Shown: positions 10,857 through 23,258, numbered from the stretch's first letter. The stretch is DNA of 64,000 nucleotides from Psammoneis japonica (GCA_008632985.1 QPGO01000006.1:248001-312000), one strand, 5' to 3'. Made by a program: numbers and translations. The notes: generated by a model not told the origin, from the sequence alone.

Positions 10857-12676
10857 TGTTACTACACGTGTTTGGGCGAACTGGTAAGAGTAAAGATAGA
10901 TAGAGAAACGCACATCGCTCGGAGCTCAGACGTTGCGACGAACGACCAAAGTTTGCATTTTTGGTTCACTGCAATGGTTCGCATGACCAGGTTAGACGGG
11001 ACATTTCTTATACAGTATGTGATGTGTACCGCCATGTTGTACTTCATCACACAAATTGATATATTTGGACATAAGCCCCTATTCTGTCATTTAACAGTCC
11101 CGCGACGCATCGCGAACATGTGTGATCGTAAAAAAATACAGTAATTTAAAAATGAGGAGTCGTACAAACCCCAACGAATAGAGTCGTAGCCCTAGCCGAG
11201 GCCACTCTTGCGCAAAACCCTCTCTCTAGCTAGTGGGGGGTGGGGGCCCTATCTAAAGCGTACTGCAAGATCTTTGAGCCATGCGCCGAGGTATGGCCGG
11301 AAGAGTCATTTCTTTTCTGACTCAGGCCCGAGAATGTCCTCTGCGCGGGGGATTGGGTTCATGGACTCAGCCTCACATGATACCTACTGTACTGTAATGT
11401 GAGTTGGATTCTCGAAATCTCATTACTCGTATAATAGCTTCAATCATTAGTGTTTTCTACATGGGAGGTGGGAGAGTTGCTCCACTTTTCCCCCAACTGA
11501 TAGACTACTCAGATACACATAGTACATAGAGTAGTTTTAGTCACCATAAAGCCATACTACGAACACGGAAACTAAGCCGTACTATGACGATTATCAAAAA
11601 ATCGGATACTGTTTGAAGTCTTTAGTGCAGTTTTGAGCGTTTCGCTGGATGCTGAATAAAGTTGGTGGCAATCTTGCCAAAGTTGTCCTCACTAGAGTCT
11701 GACGTATTTGCGGTATGACAAAGAGACGATACAAACTCTTGAGTGGCGCCTTGGTCCCCTAAATGAGCACTGTTAAGAAAGGAAACTCTTTGTGCCTGTC
11801 GTCTTGAATCAATTCGAGTGCCCACTGCACTGCTGCCTGCTCTGCATGCTCATGAAGGACAGAAAGAAAGGTATTCTAGTGCCGGCGTTGCCATCGGTTG
11901 CCCTCCTTGACGATGCAGTGACATTGCCTGGAACCCATTATGATTGTCTTGGTGACAAAGTGTTGTTTGACCCTGCTCTTCTTGTCGACAGCGTCACCAA
12001 TCTCGTCATGCCAAAGATTTTCTAGATCGGGTTGTCCTTCGCCAACAGAGGGAAGCTCCTGACATGCTTTTTCCAGCTTCCAATGCTCAATTAAAGCCAT
12101 CACAAACTCAAGATTGCCATGCGTTTGGCAATGAAATCGTCAGGCTGCACATCTTTCGACAAGACTCGTAGCGACGTGTTTTTTCGTCATCACAGGACAC
12201 TTGTTCAAACATATTGGAAAAAAAGTTTCAATCAGCGTTCCGTGGATCCAATATTCGGCACAAATCTGCAAGATCCACGCAGCCGTCTCTCGAGATTTCT
12301 GGTTTGGACGCGACATTTTGTCGAGAAGAGCACTGATTTTTGTGTCGAGCGTGGAGAATAAGAATACAAGGGTACAAAATAAGAAAGGAAGACGGTGGGG
12401 TGATCGAGGATTGAGTAGTAGGGTGCCAATGCACAGCTCGCAATAATAAGTTATTTCTAAAAATTGTGTATACTTACGAGGGTTATGATAAGTTCACTTT
12501 GGGGCGTTGGGCAGTGAATGCGGAGGTTGGGCAAACCGCAGTGCTGATAGTAGGCTCCAATCCACTCTCGCAACACTGAGGTTGGTCGTTGGTCCTATCC
12601 TAGACTGTAGTAGTGGTACAATGTTCAATTTTCTAACTTACACGCTCCAAAGATTGCAGTGTATACTTCCCAAATT

Positions 12677-14143
12677 CTATTTCATTTTCCTGTCGTGTTC
12701 TTGATTGTTTCCCACCTTGTGCATGTACCGGATGGTGGAATACAGATTGTGCAAAATGGTTGGGTAGTACGTGTATTGAACATTATGTTTCTCACAAACC
12801 CGTCGCACAGTAGGTGCAATGTACGGATACCACGCCGAACTCATTCGCGGAAACAAGTGGTGCTCGATTTGATAATTCAACCCACCCGTCAACCAACCGG
12901 CAACACAACCACCATAGGTACACGATGTTTCCACCTGACTGGTGAACCAACACGATTTTGCATTCTGGGCAACGGGTTCCCGTTCGACACCGCAAAAGTT
13001 GTGACTGAGTGAAAAGGGAACAGCCAGAGCCAAACTACCCGCCACACCCATGATCCAAATGTTCCACAATGTTTCAAAAGTCCAACCGCGATTGACCAAG
13101 GGAGTCATGACGTGAATCAAGAGGTACATGATTCGCATCGACAAGGCATACTTGCGGCGACTCTTGACGTAACCAGAAGCAAAGTTCATACCTGCACCAT
13201 CCGTCCCCTCGTGATTCAAATGCCAAACTTGCTGTAAATTAAACGCCGTCGTAAACCAGTAAAAGCAAAACAGCGGTAGGAAAAAGACAGCTTGAAACTT
13301 GTGAAACCAACTCCTCGAGGCATGCTTGGCGTGGTAATTGTAAAAGATCATGGCGGGTTCACCCGCAGAAGCGTCGGGATCCTTCTCAACATGATTGGTA
13401 AAGGCGTGGTGTGTCCAATGTTGCTCCAACCACAAATATTTGCAGTAACCAATAAAATCGGCAAAGAGACCAAACATGTCATTGATCCACGGCCGACGTT
13501 TGGAAATGGCACCGTGATTGGCATCGTGCTGCACATTGAGTCCCATGGTGGCTTGTGAAATTCCAAACAAAATAGCAAGCGCGTAGCTATTGTCCCTGAC
13601 AGTCACCCAATGATACATGAGAACAAAGTAAATGGACGTGTACACTGCCAACCGAAAATAAAAGCCAGTGGTTGCAAACTCTTTTCCACGACGCACAATT
13701 TGAAAGACCTCCTTTTTCATTTCCACTTCAAAGGGTGTGCCGAATTCATATCTGTGAAAAGTGAGAAGAGAGAAATACAGAAGCACAGTGTAAGACACTG
13801 CACACTGCGACTCGCAAAGACGCGATTTTTTGTGTCGATCAATTTAAACTTACTCGCTTTCCTGATAATCTTCAATCTTGCCCACTCGAGGCAAGGCCCG
13901 TTCCAAAGACGTTTTGGTCGAATGTGGATGAATCATTTTGAACGGAACAGTCACATCGTTTCCACCAAACATTTTCATTTGATCTCCACCGGGATGATCA
14001 AAGTTGGAAATGTCGTATACTACACCATCAATCACAACTTGATCATCCTTGACGTCTTGCATAGTACTGTAACGAAGAAGATCATTGGAAGACGATGACG
14101 ACGCCACGTCGAATTCACGCGACTTGTTGGCGTCCGGAGGCAT
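12677..14143 (-). CDS. Front-end (cytochrome b5-fused) fatty acid desaturase, delta-5-like; intron 13752-13853
   Basis: HPGG heme motif and His boxes HDANH, QHWTHH and QIEHHLFP. The C-terminal RMSSAWYPYIAP resembles diatom delta-5 desaturases. Confidence 0.9.
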
Positions 14144-14703
14144 ATTGATAAACAAAAATGTGCAAAAGCAAAAGCGCAAAGACGCAAAAACAGCTACGGC
14201 GAGAGTGGTTTTATGACAACAGTAAACGAGGGATTGGAGGGTACTGTAACTGATGATGCGGCAACGTCGAACGATGAACGATGTAGAGCAGCTCACAGCT
14301 CAGCTTTTGGATGCATGACGGAGAAGCATGAATGAGCGGGCGATACGGTACGGCAGGATTGCGGTTTTTTTCGGACGACGTGGTGGTACACTTTTTACGT
14401 AGAATTTTACGGCGGTTTTTTACCCGATTGCCACGTCATCTTCGGATCGCGCGTCGCTCGTCGTTGCCTGTGCGCACTTCAACTGTCGGAGGGAGGAATC
14501 AAAATTCCAAAAAAGGGCGCGAAAAAATATCTAAAGCTACATACGGTAAAAGAAAATATGACTTCTCTTTGTCCGATGCCAAATTCCCCAACGGAAGACC
14601 ACATCTACAAGCAGCAAGGACGCATGCAAAAAAAAAATCTCATCACCACTTCTTATGTTATGATGCCCATTTTCAACATGCTGATCACTTTGCAAAAACG
14701 CAG

Positions 14704-15929
14704 GGCGATCCAGGAAACTTCGAAGTTTCGAAAAATGTGCTAGAAGATTCCTAATCCCTATCGACATATCTCTACGTGGACCTCGTGTAGGATAGACAAA
14801 AGCTTCGAACATTCTGAGGTTTCTGTCTCTATTGCCCTTAATATTGCCCCAGTGAAAGTTCGAAGTGTTCGAAGTTGTTCGAAGTGTTCGAATACTTCGA
14901 ACACTTCGAAGTACTTCGAACATTTTCGAAGCTTTATATAATATCAAGTATCATATATAATTCATACTTTCTGATTTGTCAGCTTCCTCCGTATAACGTG
15001 GTAATGCTTCTACGAGTACGATATTTTTTGTGTGCGAACGCGACCCTGACAGCGCTCGCACAAGCTCGGCACAAAACCATGCCGCCATGACCGAAATGCC
15101 GCCGCTTCCGACGCGACAACATGTTGACACTACTGTGAGATGCCCCTGACTTGTCAATCAACCCACGAGGGATTGTGTGCCGTGTTGTAATGACATCGTT
15201 CGACCCGTTTTTGCATTGACATCGTTGATGGAAGCTCGTCATTTTTCGTTTGTACGGGGTTTCACGTGGTTTGTCTCGACGACAATGGTGGAGCGGTTCT
15301 ACAGACGACAAAATTGGATTTGAGGTGCTTCATCGTGGCATTTTTGACCCAAGTGGTCGACAGAGGACCCATGTATTGCTTGTAAGCGTCGAAATGAGTG
15401 GTTTTGGGCAATCGGCTTCCGAATTCCTGCCACCATGGTCGTGAAGCACGGCGTTGCACCATGACGTGATCAAAATCAAGCCAATACAGTATTGATAATG
15501 TACAGTGCCGAATAAATAATACGGGATAGATGATGTCATTTTTTTTCGTCCTTTATGTGATTGGGCAATACTGTTCCATTGTACAGTAGGTACGTACTAT
15601 TCGAACACGTCGAACTTGTTCGAACAAGTTCGAACTTTGTTCGAATAAGTTCGAAGTGGGCAAGAGGGCAATAGTAATTGTTCGAACAATTAGGCACTTA
15701 GAATCAAAAGGATAAGAGGGCAATATGTTACCGACAAATATTCGAACACTTCGAACAATATTCGAAATTTTCGAACAACTTCGAACACAACAAATATTTG
15801 TTCGAACTTTTATCTATTGCCCCTTGTTTAACTTGTACCAACCAGGTACGAGCTCTGCGCGTAGAATATTGTACAGAAATGTCATGGAATATAGAATCTT
15901 TCGAAGCCTTTGAAGTTTCCTGGATCGCC
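14704..15929. mobile_element. Non-autonomous DNA transposon (MITE), PIF/Harbinger-like
   Basis: TIRs of about 30 bp (GGCGATCCAGGAAACTTC.../...GAAGTTTCCTGGATCGCC), flanked by a 3-bp CAG duplication (14701-14703 and 15930-15932). Subterminal TTCGAA arrays at about 14800-14930 and 15600-15810. No transposase ORF. Confidence 0.8.
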
Positions 15930-15935
15930 CAGCTG

Positions 15936-18083
15936 ATGAAGGGTCGAATAATCATCGTTATCCTCTTGACTGTCACTGTAGATCGGTTTTGGAGAAATCT
16001 GTCGAGGGACAGTCTTTCGAAGAAAACTGCAAAGGCAGTCACTCAACAGCAACGTGCGCCAACTGCCAGTCAATTCGATGTCCATTGGCCACTCTTTATC
16101 CTTCACGTGGGGCCTGCCCAAGCGGGTGCCACCTCGATTCAGCAATTTGCAGCAAAATGCCCAGATCTCCTCAAGCAAAACGGGGTTCATTATCTTGGAG
16201 GCAACAACGATGCAATCGACGGTGTGATCTCTGCGTGCCACAGGACAAGTGCTCAGGACAAGGACGAAAACAAGTGCAAACATGCGTGGGACGAGTTTGG
16301 GACGCTGTTGGAAAATCATCGCGAGCTTAACCACACGGTATTTCTTTCTCAAGAGAGCTTTTCTGACTTTCCTAACGAAGAGCTCGAGGAGACTCATCTT
16401 TACGACTTTTTGCTTCCGCAACTGGAGAAGTGGAGGGTGCAAGTTGTATTCACGTATCGACGCCGTTATGAAATCTTATGGAGTCTATATCACCAACTGT
16501 TCGACCCTAGGCAACCATCTCAACAAACATGGCCTGCCAAGGGCAAAGCGGCCGTTCCGTCCTTTCCCGAGTTTGTAGAACAGCAAGAAAAACAAGAAAC
16601 CTTCAAGCACCCGGAAGCTATTGTTTCTCGCTTGCGGCATCATTTTGGAAACCAAAGTGTCGCCGTGTTGAATTATCACGGGGGTGATTTGTTGCAGCGC
16701 TTCTTTTGCGGTTATATGCCACAAGCTCGCATTGTTTGTCGGTTCCTACTCGATGTAAACCTGACGACGCAAGAGAGCAATCCGTCAAAATCTACATCTA
16801 GAAGCCTTTGGCACGACATGATTGCTGTCGAAGCCTACAGACGAGGGCTTCTGTTCGGTAAACGGTTTTCCAGGAAAGATATTGCTGATTCAATCGAAAA
16901 GCACTCGGCTGTGGTAAAGAAAGCGGATCTCAAGGAGTATCCTGTGGTGCGCCTGTCTGCGAACCAGACGGAAGCTCTTCTTTTGCATTCCCACGCTGTG
17001 GAAAAAACCCTCGTCCCCGACTTTTATTCAAAGGATGATCTCGATGTTGGGTTTCAGCAGTTTTTAGATGAAGGACGGCTGGTGTCTGTGGATGCCAACG
17101 CTGTCTTGAGAGATCCTCAATGGAAGAATTTCTTTTCAACACTCGTATATCCGAATCCGCAGATCACATGGCTCATGTCATTCCCGAACTCTGGAACTTC
17201 CTATACGATGACGATGGTATCAGGATCTAGCAATCGGGCTTTTGCAACGAACAGTTGTGATGAAGTAACGCCGCCTGGAGAAGAATGCTTGTCGATTTAT
17301 CCTGAACGACCAGAAGGACCGTTTTGGGTGGGCAACAGGTCGCAAGACATTGAACCCCGTCGACCTTTGCCAGACAAATACGTGATAACTAAAACACATT
17401 GTGGTTTCCGGTGTTTGGCTTGCGGTCCCGATAGGTACGTCGGAACACCAGCCCCCTTTCTCAAACAATGTGCGAGTGGACATGCTCGTGTGCCACGGAG
17501 CGAGGCTTCCCACGGTCTGCGTCGCATCGATGTGGACTATCCCCCTGAACGTGTAGCCAAGGCGATACACTTGATTCGAAATCCCTTTCACAACATCATT
17601 TCGCGTTATCATATGGAACGTCGTAATCGAGACAAAAGGAATGAGACGGAATGGTTAGAAAGACATGGCAATGACGCAGCCGGGTTTCAGGCATTCTGTC
17701 GAGATTTGGATGGGGACTACAAGGATCAGGATGAAGAATTCTTTGGCAAGGATAAGATTCCCAAGGCACCATGTCATGGAGAATTTTACAAATGGACGCA
17801 GTGGCATAATTTCGTGCACGAAGGACTGGAATTGATCGGGTCGCAAGACGAAGTTCCCGTTCTCACGTTGTACTACGAAGACTACGCGAAAAAATTGAAT
17901 GCGACTGTGGCTAGCATTCTTGGCTTTTTGGAGCTAGAACTCCAAGGAGAGATAAGAGAGTTCTCGCCGCGATCGGACTATGATGTCTACTTCACCAAGG
18001 AGCAAGAAAGGGACGTGCAAGATTTGATCAAGAGTGTTGCAAGTGAGAAGACATGGACACAAGTCAAGCACTACTTTGAGTAG
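15936..18083 (+). CDS. Protein with two sulfotransferase-like domains
   Basis: N-terminal hydrophobic anchor. Domain 1 (LHVGPAQAGATSIQ...VFLSQESF...VDANAVLRDPQWKNFF) is paralogous to 5514-6905. Domain 2 has WLMSFPNSGTSY...ITKTH...IHLIRNPF...LYYEDY. Confidence 0.75.
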   Translation: MKGRIIIVILLTVTVDRFWRNLSRDSLSKKTAKAVTQQQRAPTASQFDVHWPLFILHVGPAQAGATSIQQFAAKCPDLLKQNGVHYLGGNNDAIDGVISACHRTSAQDKDENKCKHAWDEFGTLLENHRELNHTVFLSQESFSDFPNEELEETHLYDFLLPQLEKWRVQVVFTYRRRYEILWSLYHQLFDPRQPSQQTWPAKGKAAVPSFPEFVEQQEKQETFKHPEAIVSRLRHHFGNQSVAVLNYHGGDLLQRFFCGYMPQARIVCRFLLDVNLTTQESNPSKSTSRSLWHDMIAVEAYRRGLLFGKRFSRKDIADSIEKHSAVVKKADLKEYPVVRLSANQTEALLLHSHAVEKTLVPDFYSKDDLDVGFQQFLDEGRLVSVDANAVLRDPQWKNFFSTLVYPNPQITWLMSFPNSGTSYTMTMVSGSSNRAFATNSCDEVTPPGEECLSIYPERPEGPFWVGNRSQDIEPRRPLPDKYVITKTHCGFRCLACGPDRYVGTPAPFLKQCASGHARVPRSEASHGLRRIDVDYPPERVAKAIHLIRNPFHNIISRYHMERRNRDKRNETEWLERHGNDAAGFQAFCRDLDGDYKDQDEEFFGKDKIPKAPCHGEFYKWTQWHNFVHEGLELIGSQDEVPVLTLYYEDYAKKLNATVASILGFLELELQGEIREFSPRSDYDVYFTKEQERDVQDLIKSVASEKTWTQVKHYFE

Positions 18084-18452
18084 TAAACGTCCTTCCAACA
18101 ATCGCAGCAAATGAAACATGAGATGAAACTATGATTCCTTGAGCCGCTCGTTGCTCTGCTTTGTAATGTCTCTTATGAGAATTCTTGTATCAAAGTTGAA
18201 CTCGGGTCTTTCGAAAGAGAGACTGAGTGGCTAGATGTTTTGAGATGCGGATAGTCGTAGAAAAGCTAGAAAATATTCAGTATTGCGTATTTGAACTATG
18301 ATCGCAACCGTTTCGATCCCTAGCAAATCTACCTTCTTCTCCTCGGATACAGTCTGCGGTGTGGCAACAGATATAAAGTACAGCAGGGCACTCTCTCCGA
18401 CACTTCGTTCTGAAAATTTCTACCGTACACCCGATCGCCCATTTGACATTAT

Positions 18453-18980
18453 TCAGTCATTTTTATCATGCCGTTGACTGGGCCATTTCAACCACATTGC
18501 GTTCTCCATAGTGTACATTTTAGCCGTAGTGTTGTAGGCCAACAAATCATTGCCTCGAATCATGTTTCCCGCATCGCAATTGAGGGGTGATTCAGCATCG
18601 TAATCACTCAGCAAACACAAAACCGCCCGACACGCCGCTTGCAGTCCCCAAGCCGGACTCCACTCTTTTTTCAGTATATCCAAACACACGGCACCGCTCT
18701 GAAAGTGAATGTTGGGATGAAAGATCCTCGTCTCGAATACCATTTTGGGTGGTGCCAGCGGATAATCCGTGCCGCAATCTATTTTCAACAAGAAGATTCC
18801 TCCCTCATACGGAGTGTCGGGTGGACCTCGCAACAACGCCGTCCACTGCAAGATGCTCTCCTGAACATTGGTGGGACGCAAGTAAACGTCTCGTTCTTCT
18901 TCGCCCTGTAAATGGGTGCGTTCAAGATTCTGTAATTCCTTTCGGAGGCGCTTTGCAGCAGCCAAGTTGTGTAATGCCAT
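18453..18980 (-). CDS. PEX4: Ubiquitin-conjugating enzyme E2, PEX4/UBC21-like
   Basis: GPPDTPYEGG, FHPNIHFQSGAVCLDILKKEWSPAW and SPLNCDAGN. Confidence 0.8.
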   Translation of the reverse strand: MALHNLAAAKRLRKELQNLERTHLQGEEERDVYLRPTNVQESILQWTALLRGPPDTPYEGGIFLLKIDCGTDYPLAPPKMVFETRIFHPNIHFQSGAVCLDILKKEWSPAWGLQAACRAVLCLLSDYDAESPLNCDAGNMIRGNDLLAYNTTAKMYTMENAMWLKWPSQRHDKND

Positions 18981-19441
18981 TATATTTGTTGGTGTGTACT
19001 GACTGTAAGACTAATACAGAGCGCAAGTTAAAGTTGTTGTTGCTGTTGTTGTTGATTTTACCGTCCTGTAGTTATTATAGTTGTTTGGCAACACCTAAGC
19101 TGACAACAAGAAGTATGGTGCAGTTTGGTGGTTGTGTTGAGCGTACTGTACGGTATTGTCACATTGAGGTCTCGTGCAGATTTATCTTATGGCGACCTCG
19201 CAAGGTCTCTTTGAATGACGTGTTGTGCGTGTCCTCCCATGTTGTTTGCTTTTTTGAACTCACGTAGAATCTACGCAAACGTAGTACCGTGATGGCGGCG
19301 ACTTGGCCAGTTCATTTTTCACCGCATATCCTCTCTTGTGTATTCGTTGTTGTTGTGGAAGACATCGCTTCTACGTAGCTGTTTCCATCAGTCAGTCTCT
19401 TTTGTATTCTCATCACCTCGATATTATTCTTTGTGAACACT

Positions 19442-20017
19442 ATGAATCAACTTAGGCAAACCTTTCTTTTGGTTGCAATGGCAATCGTCGCGCTAACGAG
19501 TACGAGTGCCTTTGTTCCTGTTTCTCCGGTTCGTGGTAGCTCGCTTCCGACAACAGCCTCGAGTAGCATCAGTACTACTCAGTTACACGAACGGCAATGG
19601 AATTTCAACGAAGGACGCAGTCCATGGGGTCTCAAGAAAAATGCCGAGATTTGGAACGGACGTGTCGCACAGGTATGTGTTGATTGCAAGAAAGGATACG
19701 TCCTTTTGATCAAATGCTGCAGTACACGGTGAATAAAACTAGCGCAACAGGACACGTTGACATGTATCTTGGGCAATTTCGCTCTTGATCCTTCTTCAAA
19801 CTTACCCATATTATTTGTGTTGCTTCTCGTCATTTAGATGGGCTTTGTGGTTGTCTTTCTGCAGGAACTCGTCACTGGCAAGGGTGTGATTCAAGGAGTA
19901 CAAGAAGGCAACCCTCTCAACTTGGCCATGCTTGGCCTTACTGCCTTGTCAGTAGTTGGCTTGACGGCTTGGTTGGCTATCCAAGGAGTTGATGACTATG
20001 TTGATTTGGAAGAGTAA
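19442..20017 (+). CDS. Plastid-targeted LHC-like stress protein (HLIP/OHP/SEP family); intron 19673-19837
   Basis: Signal peptide ending TSAF-VP. The chlorophyll-binding helix AEIWNGRVAQ|MGFVVVFLQELVTGKG spans a GT..AG intron, and a second hydrophobic helix follows. Confidence 0.85.
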
Positions 20018-20334
20018 AAGCGAAACAGCTAGAGCTATGTGTGAGCAAATGATATTGACTACTCAGCCGAGCAAACGATAACCATGTGCTTGGATATGTC
20101 TGTGAGTGACTGTAGAGGGCCGTTAATGGCGTACCACTGAGTAAGGATAGTTTATGTTTCCTCTGTCTTGCGTACTGTGTGGCCTTGAATAGTTTTTGTA
20201 AAACTTAGTATCGTGTCGTCAGCTTCTTGCCTTAGGATCGATGGTTTGCCTTTACTTTCGCTCGTCGTCTTGGACCACTCCACTACCCTACTTTACTGCA
20301 CGATATGCTGGATCCATTACATACTTGTCACACA

Positions 20335-20387
20335 AGAAGAATTGAAACTGAGAATTAGAGAAGAAGAATCGAAACTGAGAATTAGAT
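20335..20387 (+). repeat. Short direct repeat (about 25 bp x2)
   Basis: AGAAGAATYGAAACTGAGAATTAGA occurs twice. Confidence 0.75.
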
Positions 20388-20658
20388 AGTGTATCGGAAG
20401 GACGAAGAAGTTCGAACAGTTGCTTTGGAGAGGCTGGAGGCCGAGTTCAGAGTAAATTCCTTTTCTTTGGAATCCGCTATTGCACACTATAGCTAGCCCA
20501 ACGCATTCGGCCTTAAAATATATCTTTGTAGACTTCTCTTACAGCAACTCTAGATTTATAGTTCGTTGTTAAACACTAGCGACTACCTTACGGTGCCCAT
20601 CTGCCAACTCCTGTTGCATTATTCTTTCGCTTGAAAGCCTGGCATAGTTCCCGTGATT

Positions 20659-21246
20659 TCAGACAAGCACAATACTGCATTCTTGCGCCTTGACCACGCA
20701 TGCTCTCTTTGTTTTTTTGACTTCCTCTGCCTTGCTTTGACTCGATTCGCTTTGGCCTCCACGCTTTAAGACCACCGCAATGTAGATGATGCAAAATACG
20801 GTTGATACGCCAAATACGGTGCCTGTCCAGATTGCCGGAAACTCCATAATGTGGCAAAAAGAGCAAACTAGGCCTGAAAACATGATGGGGGACGACAGCA
20901 AAATAACTGCTTCCACCAGACCATTATTCGCCTTCTTTGTCAGGCAGCGAAGAAGTGCAAACCAAATCGAGAATACAGACAAGGTCACCACAAGGCTTGC
21001 AAGAATCACAAAGGGTATCCAAGCAGCGTATTGACTTGGCGTCAATCCATTCGACAGATTGTTTGGATCCGCAAGCCGGAAATACATGGCCTTGACACTG
21101 AAACCGACAGCAATTGGAGAAATTGCACCAAGAACAAATCCCACAATCGCACTCCACACCTTCAACCACGCAACGGCACCGTCCGAAAGCCTCGAGACAT
21201 CCTTGGCTTTTACTGGAAGAAGAGGAGTACTGAATTCGTTAGACAT
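20659..21246 (-). CDS. Multi-pass membrane protein of unknown function (paralogue of 22096-22812)
   Basis: About 4 TM helices. N-terminal PLLP...LKVWSAIVGFVLG is shared with the neighbouring gene. Confidence 0.65.
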   Translation of the reverse strand: MSNEFSTPLLPVKAKDVSRLSDGAVAWLKVWSAIVGFVLGAISPIAVGFSVKAMYFRLADPNNLSNGLTPSQYAAWIPFVILASLVVTLSVFSIWFALLRCLTKKANNGLVEAVILLSSPIMFSGLVCSFCHIMEFPAIWTGTVFGVSTVFCIIYIAVVLKRGGQSESSQSKAEEVKKTKRACVVKAQECSIVLV

Positions 21247-22095
21247 GGTCTCTTTTATTGTTTCGCTCTGCAACACGATTTGTCTGTCGTTTTTGTGAGC
21301 GATTTGGTTTTCCGTGTGTCAAACGTTCGAAAAATGAGCGATGAAATGAGCGATGCAAAGCACTTTTAATTGTACTAATTGTTTCTGAAGATGTTTGAAC
21401 GCTTACCGTTATGATTTATTATGGGGTATATATAGTTGGTCATAAAATTTAATGAATAGATATTTAGTTGCGTATACATCATTAATTCGCGTGCGCGGCT
21501 GGTGTCTGTCTATCTGTCTGTCTGTCTTTTTGTCGGCTGCAGTCGTGGACGACGACTCACTTCAGCCAGCAGCCAGCAGCCAGGCTGCTTTCAAGTTTCA
21601 AGCCACAAATAATACAGTCATAGCCTTTGCTGTGTGCCCTCTATAGTACAGTATCTCTACTCTAGAGTTCGTTACGAGTACGACAACGTACTAGGCTAGC
21701 TAGTAGAGTAGACTACTAGAGCCTAATGGTATCGGTAGTCGAAATAAACAGGGTTCAAGAGGAAGTCTAAGAGTGGAAGAGAGTGCTAGACCTACTCGAA
21801 CTCCACACTTTTGGCCAGAGGGTTGTAACTACGTACCCAATACGCGTCCCTGGTAAACCAAATGTGATGTCCCTGGTAAACCAAAAAATAAAAAATGTGA
21901 TGTGCGTCATGTGCTGTATATTATGGAACTTGGAGTGATCAACATGATGTGATGCAGAATCCCTGAGGAGCAGGGTGGTTTAAGAAGGCACTCAGCTACT
22001 GCTGCGACGAAGAATCACTCTAGCTATAAGTTCAAACGTAGGCACCAGCTGAGATGCGATATGACTGAACATCGAAAGCTAACTATTATGAATTC

Positions 22096-22812
22096 CTAGA
22101 CAAGTACGACACCCTCTAGAGGGCCATCAAGCTGCTTGACTGGCTGACGGCTTCTTGCATCGCGAACTTCTTCCTCATAGACATCTTCTGGCCTCAAGGC
22201 GGCGCAACACCAAAGAGAGTAAACACAGTAGGCAGCACAGAAGCTACTAATTGCCACCACCATGCCATTCCAAAGAGGGAATCCCAAAATGTAGCACGTC
22301 GCGTGCCACGACAACAAGACACCCGTAAGGGTTGCAAGGGACGACCTTAGCACCAAACCTTCGACAATACATTCCATGTAACGACTTCCCGTGCTTTCTT
22401 CATATGGTTTGAGAACAAAGTGCAAGAATAGATACTTTGAGCTAAAGACCAATAGCGTCACCAGAAGTCCCCAAGCAAGACCTCTTTATCACAGAAAAAA
22501 TGGATCATCAGACAAACGTGAAATTAGAGAATCGCATCAGAAAGAGCCATACCAGATCCATACACAGTATTCCAATATCATATGAACTTACAATCCATGC
22601 GAGACGAATTCGTTCTCAAGATCCCAATGGAACTTGAGTCCCATTTTCACCGTAAGCACGACGGAAGCCATAATGGCAAACGGAGCAAGACATCCCAAAA
22701 CAAATCCGAGAAGCGAGCTCCAAACCTTGAGTCGCGAAAGGTCTGATTCAGGAATGCGATCTAGTTTGACAGACTCTGGAAGAAGAGGAACATTGATATC
22801 AGAGGAAGGCAT
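22096..22812 (-). CDS. Multi-pass membrane protein of unknown function; intron about 22485-22591
   Basis: PLLP...LKVWSSLLGFVLG. A GT..AG intron joins the two ORFs in frame (HGL-GLAWGLLVTLL). Confidence 0.6.
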
Positions 22813-23258
22813 CTTGAACAAATAAAATTGGAGAAGCAAGAGGAGGTAACGCAAGTACTGTATTATGAATGATGTGAACAACAAAAATACCGCCAGTGTA
22901 GTTAAGTTGTGAGAGCGATGTTGGGAAAGAAAGAGGCAGGGTCGTTTTCTTTGTGGTGTCAAAACGACGGTTTGTGTGAGCTGGGCGGCGGTCACAAGGC
23001 AACGTTCAAACGACAAAAATTCCAAATTACTTAGGGAATCATGAAATGATGCATCTGTAAATGAATAAGTAATTCAATATATACTCCTTTAACCCTCTAA
23101 TAAAGGTCCTCTAATTTCGTGATACAATAAATGTTTGATAGAATATTTTAGGCATACTGGTCAAATCAAATCATATTTCATATTCGTTTTTGATTTAAGC
23201 AAATTCAACCATCAATGACTCGGACTCGTGACTCGAATCCATCATTGAAATCTTTGCA

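Noticed and set aside
11153..11165. 13-mer TGAGGAGTCGTAC upstream of PhoX copies 1 and 2 (also 33860-33872) as a phosphate-response element
   Set aside because: 13-mer matches are expected by chance in 64 kb, and I did not see it upstream of copy 3.
11760..12170. Possible additional TA-depleted patch or TE remnant
   Set aside because: About 8 TA remain in 410 bp, so depletion is only mild, and no termini or domain were recognised.
14800..15810. TTCGAA arrays as a CRISPR array
   Set aside because: The period is about 9 bp with no unique spacers and no cas genes, the context is eukaryotic, and MITE subterminal repeats explain them.
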